Assembly (NCBI GenBank): GCA_028534125.1 | Contig: CM052817.1 | Span: forward strand, 26,104,001-26,168,000 | Direction of reading: 5' to 3' | Origin: Lama glama | Taxonomy: Eukaryota | Length of the DNA: 64,000 nucleotides | Part shown: positions 52,474-64,000 of the stretch, piece by piece | Position numbering within the stretch: the first letter of the stretch is position 1 | Layout: each line of letters starts with the position of its first letter | The notes under the pieces: model-generated | Seen by the model: the letters and a program-made list of their open reading frames with translations, nothing else | The model's database searches: none | Told to the model about the DNA's origin: nothing | Translations under genes and position numbers: made by a program

Positions 52474-52895
52474 TTTACTTGTTTATTTAATTTTTTCATT
52501 GAAGAGTAGTCGATTTGTAATGTTGTGTTAGTTTCTGGTATACAACATAGTGATTCAGTTATATATATATTTTTTCATATTCTTTTTTATTATAAGTTAT
52601 TGGAAGATATTAAATATAGTTCCCTGTGCTATACAGTAGAACCTTGTTGTTTATTTTATATATAGTAACTGCCAATTTATCTTTCCCCCTTATCCCCATA
52701 ACCATAAATTTGTTTTTTGTCTGTCTGTTTCTGTTTCATATGTTTGTGTCATTTTCTTACATTCCACATACAAGTGGTATCATATGGTATTTGTCTTTCT
52801 CTATCTGACTTATTGCTTCATTTAGAATGGTAATCTGTAGGTCAATCTATGTTACTACAAATGGCATTATTTTACTTTTTTTTGGCTGAGTAGGA

Positions 52896-52934
<39 letters not shown>

Positions 52935-53097
52935 TGAGTGAGTGTGACTGTACATACACACACCAGAAATTCTTTATCCAGTCATCTATTGATGAACATT
53001 TAGGTTGCTTCCATGACTTGGCTATTGTAAATAGTGCTGCTATAAACATTGGGGTGCATATATCTTTTTGAATTAGTTACCTCTAGATATGTGTCAG
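52474..53097 (-). mobile_element. L1 3' fragment in UBE2K intron 1, containing a (TG)n tract
   Basis: Minus-strand [36 protein letters not shown] at 52462-52473 and 53098-53109. Confidence 0.9.
52900..52946. repeat. (TG)n microsatellite
   Basis: Perfect TG run followed by degenerate TGTG/TGAG units. Confidence 0.95.
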
Positions 53098-53310
53098 AGG
53101 GAATATTTAAATCTATGGCATTAACAAATTGGTTTCATGAAAACTGTTGTATAAAGTTTTCCTTAAGCATTTAAATGGGTCTGTTAAATGGAAAATATAT
53201 TGTTTATCTGTTGTCATTTTAAATTTTATATATTTGATCTAACTTGATCTAGATTAGTCTATATAGAACTAGTTGCCCAACTTTAAAAGAAAGTCTCTTG
53301 ATTTCTGTAG

Positions 53311-53526
53311 ACCATGGTTTCTCAACTTTGGCACTATTGCCATGTAGGGCAAGTAATGAATTCTTTGTTTTGGGTGGTTCTCCTGTGCTTTGTAGGATGT
53401 TTAGCAGATTTAGAGCACTAGATGTCAGTAGCACTGTCAGTCCTTCCCCCTCACCTCCCTATCCTCTCCCTGCCAGTTGTATTAACCAGAAATGTCTCCA
53501 GACTTTGCCAAATGTTGAGAATCTGC
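53311..53526. mobile_element. MER20-like hAT-Charlie MITE
   Basis: GGTTTCTCAACTTTGGCACTATTG...TGTAGGATGTTTAGCAG...AATGTCTCCAGACTTTGCCAAATG. Confidence 0.85.
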
Positions 53527-56500
53527 CATAGACAAAACTCCTTAGAAAAACATTTAAGACTGTTAACTATGTAAGATGTGTAGTATAATTTATCTAAAAG
53601 ATGAATGGAAAGTAAAGATACAAAAATTATATAGCATGATTACTCCTAGCTTTGAATGTTTTGTTTTTATTTTTAAGACTTTAAGTTTGTTTGACTCTTA
53701 TCAATTAATTATCGCTTTCTTTTAAACTTTTTCCTTTCTGATTTAAAGGAAAAGTGTATTTTCTGCTATAAACTAATGTAACTGAAATTTGGACAATTTT
53801 TTAAGAGTAGAAAAGTGATTTGTTTTTACAGCTATGTAAGTTATAGTTCAGTGTAACTTGTTTAAATAGTGTACCTTATGGGGTTTTGGGTGTAGGTTGA
53901 GCAAGGAAAGCTTTATAGACTGGGTTAAAAAATCAAAGCCTGTCCAAGTAAGACTATTTGAGGTGCATTTCTTGTTTTTTAAGAAAAATTATAAAGACTT
54001 TGATCGCTGTCCATCAGGCATAGATATATATGCATCTGGGGTCCCTTAGCTTGTCACCCCTTTGTAAAGAATAAATGTTCTTATTTCTCAGTAAATATAC
54101 ATTATCATCATTACTGAGCATATTGACAATAGCCCTAAAAGACTTATCTGTTTGGAAATAAATAAAAATGCTGGATGCAGAGAATCAATGCTTTGTCAAT
54201 GCTAAGGGTATGTATTTGTAGGGAAGTTCTTGAACTAGGTTCCAAAAGAAAGTTAAGACTGATCTCAGATTTCAGGAGACAATCCTAAAGGAATTATAGG
54301 AATACTGTAATTTATAAGTAAATGATCTTTTTTCTAGGACCTAAATTGAAACCAGGGAGCAGGGGTAATTGGCAATATTAGGCAAGAAACACATTTATAT
54401 ATTTAGAACAGAAGGCTCTAATATACACAAACATAGTTGTGGAGTTAGAACACCTAAGGTATCTTTGAGGAAGGAAAAAGCCTTTTTCGTATCAAAGTAA
54501 TATATATATGTGTGTGTGTACACACACACACCTTTTTCGTATCAAAGTAATATATATGTGTGTGTGTGTGTGTGTACATATGATGAAGTGTGACTGGCAC
54601 CCAAATCAAGAAACAGAATATTAATATTAGCAGCACAATCAGAACTCCCAGATCCCCAGCCCTTTCTAGTCATTTTCCTGACTTCTGATAGCACAGTTTA
54701 GCTTTGAGTATGTTTGAGTAAAAGGGTAGACATAAAAACATATACTATATGATTTAATTTTGAAGGTTTTGAAAGATGCCTTTCAAAATTTTTGTTCAAA
54801 AATATTAGTAGTATCTTAGAAAATGTGTTAAATGGCATTGAATATTATAGTTGAAAGAGACCTTAGATCTAAGGCAAACTCCTCATCTCTAAGATATGGA
54901 AACTGAGGCCTAGAGAGATTAATTGTGACTTAGTGACACAGGTCTGGTTAATGGTGCATTTAACTCAGACTTTATATACCAGTTTACTCTAACCATTGTA
55001 TATGCTTGCTTAATGGGACTGTCCTTTTCATAAACAGTACTATAAAAGCTGAATGCTAATAAAACTAAGTACAGTGAGTAACAGTTCAGTATTAAGTATT
55101 GTATTTTAAATGTATTTTCTCTCTTAGTGTGAGAACTTAAAATTACCAGGAGGCAGAGATATTTAGTTCCCTAAGCATAATATAGTAAGTTCAGCTTAGT
55201 GGTTAAGAGTGTGGGCTTTGGAATTAGATTTGCCTTGAGTCCTGGCTTTTTTACTTTATACCTACAGCACTGACTCTGTATCTCAGTTTTCTTACCTGTA
55301 AAAATGTAGGAAGATTAAGTCTTTACAGTGCTTGGAGCAATGCTTGGGACATACTAAACATTCAGTAAATAGATAGCTGTTAAGATGTCAAAATTAACTA
55401 CTTTCATATTCTGCTTATAACCATTCTTGTATCAAAAAGCTTTCCTTCTGTGACTTAGTGATATCTCTGTGAGTTTGCCTCAAGAAAAGGCTTAACATGG
55501 TGGGAGACTTGAGTGCTTCTGATAATGTTTCTTTGTCATCTGTATGCAAACAACCTGTGGGGCCGATGGCCAAGGGGAATAGAATATAAGTGGACTTCGT
55601 TCTGAAGGTGCTGGTTTATTTTTCTTTAGGCGGCAGTTATAAATTGGAGAAAAGTTTGTTTTAAAATGACCTTTCTTGGTGAAAAAGAAGTAAATTACTT
55701 GGAAGCCTTTCAGGTAATAGAGAGTTATTGGATTATTTTGTATTTCCTGACATAGCTCTGGTCTCCTTGAACTGGACCAAGGAATCCAGATCCTAATCTT
55801 GTAGTGTGTAATCTTGGATCCCTTTGTAAAATCCCTTTTTTTAAATTGGATCTTGGAAGTTAGAAAGTGATAGTCACATCCATCTGATAACTATGGTGTG
55901 TTCTCTTACATAATTCTGAAAAGGTGAGACAAGATCGTTTCATTCAAAATCCTTGTTCATTCAAAATCATTTTCCTCCCTTTAGTTCTTTACTTTTACAG
56001 TAAATTTAAAATAACTACCTATTTAGTTCAGTGCCACTGTCTGATATTTTATCAATATGGCAGCCTTATGATATGGATGTTACTCTTGCTTTACAGATTA
56101 GAAAGTTGCAGCCCTGAAGAAATTAAGTAACTTTCCTCATTGTCAAGTAACTTGTTCATGGAACAGGGGTTTAAAACAAGGTTTTTTACTCTAAAATATT
56201 TACTGATTATGGTGGAAAGAATGGAGTACAGTCATATTTATCGCTTGCTTCCTACCCATTACTTTTAAAGATGTTTTTAAAAATTACATTTTAGACTTAA
56301 AAGTTTAGGGAATAATGTATGAGCACCTTTATATTCATGGTCCAGATTTAATAGATCTTAACTTTCATACTGGGTTTAGGCTATCCACTCCCACCAAGAA
56401 ATAAAACAAAACATACAGATAAATCTCACTTTGTAACCTTTTCTCTATTGCATTTTCCTTCTCATTAGTAACCACTGCGGTGAAGTTGAGTATATCCCTC

Positions 56501-56676
56501 CCATTCAAATATATGTTTTTACTATTGATAAACAGTATAAAATGACTTTTTAGTATTTTTAACTTAAAAAAATTTCTCACAGTTGGTTATAGTATTCATC
56601 TCCACAGCTTTTCTTCTCAGTGTTGGTTTTTGAGATTTATCTGTGACAGTGTATATTGCTCGAGTTCTTTAATTTT

Positions 56677-56810
56677 TTTTTCTACTTTGTGGGGGGAGGT
56701 AATTAGGTTTATTTATTATTTCTTTATTCTTAGAGGAGGCACTGGAGATTGAACCCAGGACCTCATGCATGCTAAGTATGCGCTCTACCACTTGAGCTAC
56801 ACCCTCCCCC
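56677..56810 (-). mobile_element. Vic-1-like SINE
   Basis: Same body as 31687-31860. TSD CTCGAGTTCTTTAATTTT (56659-56676) / CTCTAGTTCTTTAATTTT (56811-56828). Confidence 0.95.
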
Positions 56811-56834
56811 CTCTAGTTCTTTAATTTTAAACTA

Positions 56835-57028
56835 CAGTTGACCAACATGGGTTTGAACTGCATGATTTTTATTTCAGTAGTAGGTATTTCAGTGCTACAT
56901 GATCCACTGTTGGTTGAATGAACACATGTGGAGGAACTGCGGAAATGGAGGGCCAAGTGTAAGCTACAGATTTTCTTCTAAGCAGAAGGTCAGCACCCCT
57001 AACTCCCTTGTTGTTCAGGGGACAAATG
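56835..57028. mobile_element. TcMar-Tigger MITE (MER28/Tigger2-like)
   Basis: TA|CAGTTGACC...GGGTTTGAACTGC...GTTGTTCAGGGGACAAATG|TA: degenerate TIRs with TA TSD. Confidence 0.8.
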
Positions 57029-59065
57029 TATTTAGTATTCCATGTCACAGGTTTTAAAATTCATTATCTTATTGATGATGTGTAGTTACAACTTTTAACG
57101 ATTTTAAAAAAGGATGCATTGAACATTATAAGTGTTTTCTTGGGCACATGAGGGTTTTTCTAGGAAGTGGGATTGTAGAATCTGGGTGTATTTGTGTCTT
57201 CTACATGACTGGATATTGCATCATTGATCTTCCAATGTTAGTATCAGTTTACTCTCTCTCCAGAAATATGTAATAATCTTAGTGACCTGACATTTGCAAG
57301 ATTTAGATTTTTGTCAGTCTGGTGGATGTGAAGTGGTAGCTTATTTTAATTTTCATTTCTGTATTCAGATATTAAGCATATTTTTGTGTTTACTGGTCAT
57401 AAAGCTTTCTTTTGCAAATTTAGTGTTACTGGGCTAGCTAGTATGTGTAGCCTTTTCTCTCAAGTGACTGCTGTGTGCTTTATCTTTAGGTTTCTTTGTT
57501 TCATATGAACCATTCTGTTTGGGATTGGCATACTTAATTGTGAGTTGTCTGATACTATTGCTTTACAGCAGTGATATAAAACATTTGTGCTTCATTCTGT
57601 AGTAATTCCTTTAGTTTATATATATGTGTGTGTGTGTATTATATATGTATATATATAATACATTGCAGTTTATGTGAGTTGGACATTTGGTTATTTCCAG
57701 TTTCTTGTTGGTGCAGATGTGCAGGAATTTGGGGTATAAATCTGAGAGTGGTATTACTAGATTATTGGATGTTTGGATGAGATTTTAGGGGGTTATATGT
57801 GACAGATGTTGTTTTATGTCTGTTGACTTGGTCATACTTTGGTTATATCCGTGGGTGTTTACCTAGATCCTTTATCTCCATCTACCCATAGGAACTGAGT
57901 GTGTGAGTCACTGAGGGCAGAAACCTATCTTACTGATTTGCTATTCTCCGTTGCTTAGCACATTGCCTGTAGGCAAGAGGCACTTGTTTACCTGAATGAG
58001 TTCAAGATTTTCTTAAGCTCCAGGAAGATCATCCCCAACTGCTATGAAAGTAATAACCTTTCATCCTGCTTCTGGTAATAGGAAGAGTTGAATATGTTGA
58101 TAAAGGTGGCCCTTCAGTGAAGTTGGGATTCCATTGTATGTAAGGGTTGATAATGTTGTCAGTTCCTGAATTGGGGTGATAAAATGTCTAAGTCAAAGAC
58201 TGGGAAATAAGATAATGGGAAGGGAATCTTTGTTTTGCTTATTTTGTAATTTTCCCCTTTCAGAATCTCAGGGAACATCTGTTTAGTATTATATATGACA
58301 TCATCTATATCCGTATGGTTTAAAAAGACTCTTTTTTTAACTCTATGTTTTTTTTCATTTATTCAACAAATATTTCTTGAATGCCACTCATGTTTGTTAA
58401 TAAGATAGACATGGTCCATGCTGTTACGGAGTAAATTATGGTCCGGCAAGTGAGACATTGAATAGCTCATTGTATGTGTGTTTGTTGAATTTAAGTAAGG
58501 AGAACTGTGGGGGTGAGATAACCTAAACTCAGAGAAAAGAGTTCCTTGGGAATGACCCTTAAACTGATTATTTCAGAGGATAAATTGGAATTAACTTAGT
58601 CACACATTAAGATGATCAACTCTGATATGTACATAGAAAGCTAATAATCATTATGTAGTCAAGAATGTAGAACCATTTAATTGCTTTTCTCTTTTATACG
58701 GTCAGTTTCTGTGAATATAATAGTAACATACTTATTATTAAACGTTGGAAAACACAGGGAACTGTATTAAAGTTATCTGTAATCTCACTCCTAGAGATAA
58801 TTCTTTTCTTTAAAAACTGTTTTGTCTATGAAATATTTTATATATACATCTTAATTTTGGTATTTCCCTCCATTGTTTTCTATGTATGTATATATGTGTA
58901 CATATTTAGAAGGGCCTTTTTTTTTTGAGAGCTTTGAATATAATTCCCATGTGACTTCACATCCAAATCTGTAATTTATAATCATTTGAAGCTGTATTTT
59001 CCTACTAGACTCTGAGCTTCTCAAGGGCTCATGGCTCATCCATTTTTGTATTATCGGTAGCAAGA

Positions 59066-61740
59066 GTTCTTTAACAAATATTTGAGGGCTCCCTCTATGC
59101 TAGGCACCATGATGTGTGTTGGGGATATAGCAATGAGTGGGGCAGGGGAAGACAGACAAATAAACAAGTAATAAATGCAATGCAAAAAAATATAATAATA
59201 TTGTACAGATGAAATTAATTGATTGTTTTTGATTGGGTGTTTAGAAAAGACCTTTCTTGGAATTTTAAACTTAGATTGAGATCTGAAGGATAAAGCCATG
59301 TCTTTAGGGGAAGAATAGTTCAGATTAGGAGAAACAATGTAAAGTATAATCTAAAGTGGGAATGAACTTGCTATATCTAAGCAACCAAAAGGTTATTGTG
59401 GCTGGAGTATTGTCGGTAAAGGAGGAGAATAGTGCAAGATGAAGTTGGGATGTAGGTGGAAGCAAGATCACATAAAACTTTATAAGCCCAAAGTAAAGAG
59501 TTTGGGTTTTAAGTGACTGGAAGCCATTTGAGAATTTAAAGTAAAAGCCAGAATTTGTGCTTTTAAAAGGGCACTTTGGCTGGTGCGTGGAGAATGAATT
59601 TAAACTGAAGATGGGAGGGAAGGTTTAGTACTTTAAAAGTTGTTTTGCTGTATGTAACAAAGAAACAGTAGTAGTGACTTAAATAAATAGGAGAAGTCTG
59701 GAAGGAAGTATCCCACAGATGCTTGGTTAGGGACTTTATAGTGTTAATAGATTACTTCTAACTTTGAATTTATCATTCTTATGATTTGACCCTTGTCCCT
59801 AAACTCTCAAATTGGCAGAGGAGCAGACAGCCTATCTGAATTTCAGAAAGGTAAAGGCACAAGGCACATGCCAGCTGAGTTCACTGTTTCAAAGAAATTC
59901 CTGAGGTCCCATTGAGTGACTTCTGTTTCTATTTTTTATTTTTATTCGGGACTGTGTCAACCACTTCGTGGTTTTAGAGAGACTAGGAAATGTTTATTAG
60001 CTGAGCACATTGCTCCCCAATTAAAATTAGTGATTTGTTAGGAAAGAGAAAGGAAATTGGTTAGGCAACTTGTCATGGGGGGTTGGAGGTAGGGGACTGG
60101 GATGAGCTCAGGAAGATAGTTTGGGAAGCCTTTCTAGATAGCCTAGGTAAGAAATGATTGTAGCTTGGGGTTAGGGTGGGATAGAAGGGGCTGAAGAGAA
60201 GTATTTGGGTTGTGTTTTAAGTATAGAGTCACCAGAGGTTGCTGATGGTGCAGATAAATAGTGAAGAAGCTAGAACAACACGTAGATTTTTGTCTCCAGC
60301 TAGATAGATGGTGGTAGTAATTTCTGAGTTGGAGAAGAGTTGAGAGGAGCACATTAGAGGTCAGGGAAGATTAAGAATTTTGCTTTGTTCTTGTTAGGTT
60401 TTTTTTTTTAATTGAAGTATAGTCAGTTACAATTAAGGTGGGGAAATAACAAGCAGTTGAATATGTGAGTCTGGAGATAGAGAAATTTGGTCATTTGTAG
60501 ATATATAGATGGTATAATTTAAAGCTTAGACTGAGTGACTTAACTGTAGGAGAGTTTGGTTAGAAAAGGAGTGGTCTGTGTGCTCTCTCACTTGCTGAAG
60601 GGAATTATGGGTAATTAGAACCCCCCCAGGGGATCTTCATCCTCTTCTAAATTAGGACATGGATGTGACACAGTGTTGGCCCAGAGTACCTGATCTGAAT
60701 TCTGGGTGGTATCTTCAGGGAGAGACTGCATACATCTCTTAGGGACATTATTGGTCTCATATGATACGATAAATCTTTGCAATTTCCAATTCATCAACTC
60801 AGGTATTCTGTGCTGAACATTGCTCTGGCTTATGCAATAATAAAGATCTTTTCATTTAATTACCTAAGAAAAAAAGAAAAGGAGTGGTCTAGGACAGAGT
60901 CTTGGTTTTCATCTTGGGTCGCTAGCACATTTTGTAGTTGAGCTGATGAGAACCAATTAAGGAGAGTGTGGTGTCATTGAAGCCAAGAGAAGAAAGAACT
61001 CTTAAGAAGAGGGTGGTCAACTTTGTTATGTTGCTGAATAGGAGAAATGACAGTTGAATTTGCAGCATGGTGATCATTGGTGACCTTGACTAGAATATTT
61101 TCATTGGAATGGTGAAGGTGAATGTCTTATTAGAGTGGATTGTTAAGAGGAATGAGGTGAGGAACTGGCAGTTGTGGTCTACTTTTTAAAGGAATTTTGC
61201 TTGGACAGGAGAGAGAAGAAGAGAGGGAGCTGGAGAAGATTATGGCTTCAGAGATCTTTAAAATAAGATTTTAGTATTAGAGTATGTTTGTATGTGGATA
61301 GATGGGAGAAATTGGTTATGCCAGAGAGAGGAGGAGTAACTGAAGGTGCAAAGTCCTTGTGAAGAACATGGAGTGGTGTTCCTGGCATAAGTGGAAGGAT
61401 TCATTTTTAATAGAAGCTGAGATACTTAGAGCAAATTTCCATTTGGGATTTGTGGTTTTCACTTGAACATGTGATCAATTAATGATGGTTGTTCCCTGTC
61501 CTCTCCCCCAGCTGCTTGGGGCAGACACAGTTTTTTTTTTTCTAAGTTAATTGGGGAATGAGTTTTAATTGGTATTGGGGCTCTGCCATATGAGTATGCT
61601 AAAGGAAGAAAAGTATCAAGGTTGTCAAAGAGTATCTGCAAGGGAGTGATTATAATGAGTGCCCATGGAATCTAAACTGGTTAAGGAAGGAAATAAGGAC
61701 ATTAAAGGTGACTGATAATGAGGGAGAGTGGTGATGTTTC
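59066..61740 (-). mobile_element. Long L2 relic with nested insertions (MaLR-like LTR ~59640-60075; ~35-bp L1 tail ~60399-60432; poly-A insert 60578-60874)
   Basis: AACAAATATTTGAGGGCTCCCTCTATGCTAGGCAC; GTGGTGTCATTGAAGCCAAGAGAAGAAAG; TCATTGGTGACCTTGAC, typical L2 text. Confidence 0.75.
60578..60874 (+). mobile_element. Retroposed poly(A)-tailed insert of unknown (possibly LTR) origin
   Basis: Perfect 16-bp TSD AGAAAAGGAGTGGTCT (60562-60577 / 60875-60890); AATAAA at 60839-60844; short A tail. Confidence 0.8.
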
Positions 61741-62319
61741 CTTGTTCTTTTATGAGAATTTAGAAGAAATGTACAAAGATGACAAAAGTAGGTGACAGTC
61801 TCTCATTAATTGGAGACAGCTGTTGATATTGATGTCTTTTATTTATTTTTTTTAACCAAGTCAGGATCTCAGTATGTATACTATTTTGTATTTTTCTTTC
61901 CCTCTAAATATATCTTGTGTTTTCTTTGGGGTATTAAATATTCTTTAAAAATATTTAGTGTCTAACTTGAATATTAAAATTAAATAGTATTTAATTTATG
62001 TATTTAATATTTAATACTACATTACTAAATCATTCTCTTGTTGAACATTTATAAGTTGTTTCTATTTTTCTCCCACTATATGTGTATTGAAAGGAGTATC
62101 TTTACATAATACTTTTTATCTGAGTTTATTTGACCAAGATAGATTCCTGAAAAAGTTACTGAGTCATAGTATGTGAGCTATTCTTACTTTTATGGCAAAG
62201 GTGCTTTCTAGAAAGGTTGTTGTAAATAGCTCTAGCACTGGCACTGTATGAGGCAATCCCATTTCATCAACATTCTCATCATTAATGCAATCTTTTTCTT
62301 TAAGTCAAATAGAAAAACC

Positions 62320-62458
62320 GAGGAGGGAGAGTTAGCTGAGTGGTAGAGTGTGTGCTTAGCATGCACGAGGTCCTGAGTTCAGTCCCCAGTACCTCCATAA
62401 AATAAATAAACATAACCCCTAAATAAATAAATAAATAAAGTAAATAAAATTTTTAAAA
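62320..62458 (+). mobile_element. Vic-1-like SINE
   Basis: GGAGGGAGAGTTAGCTGAGTGGTAGAGTGTGTGCTTAGCATGCACGAGGTCCTGAGTTCAGTCCCCAGTACCTCC plus an (AAAT)n tail. Confidence 0.9.
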
Positions 62459-62639
62459 GATTGAAAAAGCAAAAAGGAAAAATCAAGTGTCCCATTTTAT
62501 CTGTTTATTTTCTTCAATTTTTTTCTTTGAAAAACATTTGAGTTTATTTAGATAAACATTTGACCAAGCCCTCATTTAACCAATCAACTTGAGCAACTTC
62601 TACGTACTAAACATTCTGTGGGCAAGTGACAGAAAAATT

Positions 62640-63420
62640 TTTTTTTAATTTTATTTAACTTTTTATTCAGAAAATTTTCAATTGGAAAAGTTGAAAGAGT
62701 CAGTATACTTGTATCATCACTACCTAGATTCAGCAATTGTTAATGATGCTGTTATGAAGATAATTCACTACCAAAATCTAAGCATGTGTCTCCTCTTAAT
62801 AACATTCTTTAACATAACCACAATATCATTAGTGTACCTAAGAAAATTGTTAATTCTTTGGTATCTAATATTCATATTTCTCCAGCTACTTTTAAAAACG
62901 TCTTTTAAAATTTATGGTGGTTCTTCTGCACATACTCCCTTATTTCCTTATGATGATGCCTTAACTTGTATTTCTTGTAAACTGGAATTTAGGTATAATG
63001 GTTTGACTGGATTCAGGTTGAATATTTTTGGCGAGAAGACTCCAAGAGTAGTATTATGTACTTCATATTGAATCATATTAATAGATGTGTAATGTCAAGT
63101 GTTTTCACTGTTAGTGATGTTAGGTCGGTTGTATAATCACTTGATTAATGTGGGAGCCACAAGATCTTTTGTAAAGGTATGGTTTATTCCTTTTGCAATT
63201 AGCAAGTAAACTGTGAAGCTAAATACTCTGGTCCTTTGCAAATATCTTACTCTTTAACATCCTTTCGACTGATAAGAACCGTCATCCATTGATTTTCCTA
63301 ATTGTCAACTTTATGTTTACTTGGCTAGAATTCTTCTGGAAAGAAGAGCTTTCCATCATTAACTAGGATGAAAATTACTTATTATTGGGTAAAGATTTTG
63401 TATAATAGTCACTTCCAGTG
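62640..63420 (-). mobile_element. Old L1 3'UTR relic
   Basis: AACTTTTTATTCAGAAAATTTTCAA...CATCACTACCTAGATTCA...TGGATTCAGGTTGAATATTTTTGGC. Confidence 0.65.
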
Positions 63421-63467
63421 GCAACAAATGATTTTCCCCTTTCATTTCTTTTTAATCAGTGCTTGGC

Positions 63468-63570
63468 TGTCTTAGTCAGCACATGCTGCCATAACAGAAT
63501 ACCATAGACTGTGTCACATGAACATCAGAAATTAATTTTCTCACTGCTTTGGAGGCTGAGGACTTCAGGA
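63468..63570 (-). mobile_element. MaLR (MLT1A-like) LTR fragment
   Basis: TGTCTTAGTCAGC...GCTGCCATAACAGAATACCATAGACTG...TTTTCTCACTGCTTTGGAGGCTG. Confidence 0.8.
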
Positions 63571-64000
63571 CACAGCTTTGAAAGTAATTTGAGATTGGTA
63601 TCTGTTGTTTGAAAATCTTGTGTTTAAAATAATACTTATGGATTTGTCCATGTTGGGTTTTATAAAAGTTTGTGTTGAGGTGGAAGGATTACTGTAAGTG
63701 GTGGCAATGATGGTGAATATTGTCTTTTCCTTTTTTTAAGAAGAATATAATTTTCTTTCAACTTAGGTTTTTTTTTTTGTCAAATTAAGATCTGTATCAA
63801 ATTAAGGCATTTCTAGTATCTTTTTGATAAAAGTGTTCATGAAATTCTTGAATTCTTGGACTAAAAACCTTTTTGGTCACAGTGAATACTACTTTATATT
63901 TGTTATGGTATGTTAATCAAGATTTTGCTTAGAATTGCATATCTTTTTAGTGAGACTAGCCTGTATTCAGAAATGTACTGGTTACTTTTTGGGGTTCAGA

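Noticed and set aside
48935..64000. UBE2K exon 2 or other coding exons
   Set aside because: No TSKNQIKVDLVDENF-encoding sequence seen; the window ends inside intron 1.
1..64000. CRISPR arrays, operons or other prokaryote-style systems
   Set aside because: The sequence is mammalian; no regularly spaced repeat-spacer array or gene-dense block was seen.

Overview
Mammalian genomic DNA, almost certainly camelid: it has five copies of a Vic-1-like tRNA-derived SINE and I saw no CHR or Bov-tA SINEs. Two TATA-less CpG-island promoters point away from each other about 46 kb apart. At about 2.1-2.8 kb is a minus-strand non-coding first exon, assigned to SMIM14 by synteny only. At about 48.3-49.3 kb is UBE2K exon 1 (MANIAVQRIKREFKEVLKSEE), followed by intron 1 to the window end. 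The only host protein-coding sequence I can support is the 63-nt UBE2K exon-1 CDS. The rest is largely transposon-derived: L1s of several ages, L2, MIR, CR1/L3, MaLR LTRs, hAT and Tigger DNA transposons, a class III ERV relic, an ERV1 relic, and a 500-N gap inside a young L1. I found no convincing new biological system. The best leads are two poly(A)-tailed inserts that look like L1-retroposed polyadenylated RNAs (one with a perfect 16-bp TSD), a degraded RTE-type endonuclease relic, an env-position coding remnant in the class III ERV, and an ORF2-less L1. Repeat family names are by-eye and repeat boundaries are approximate.
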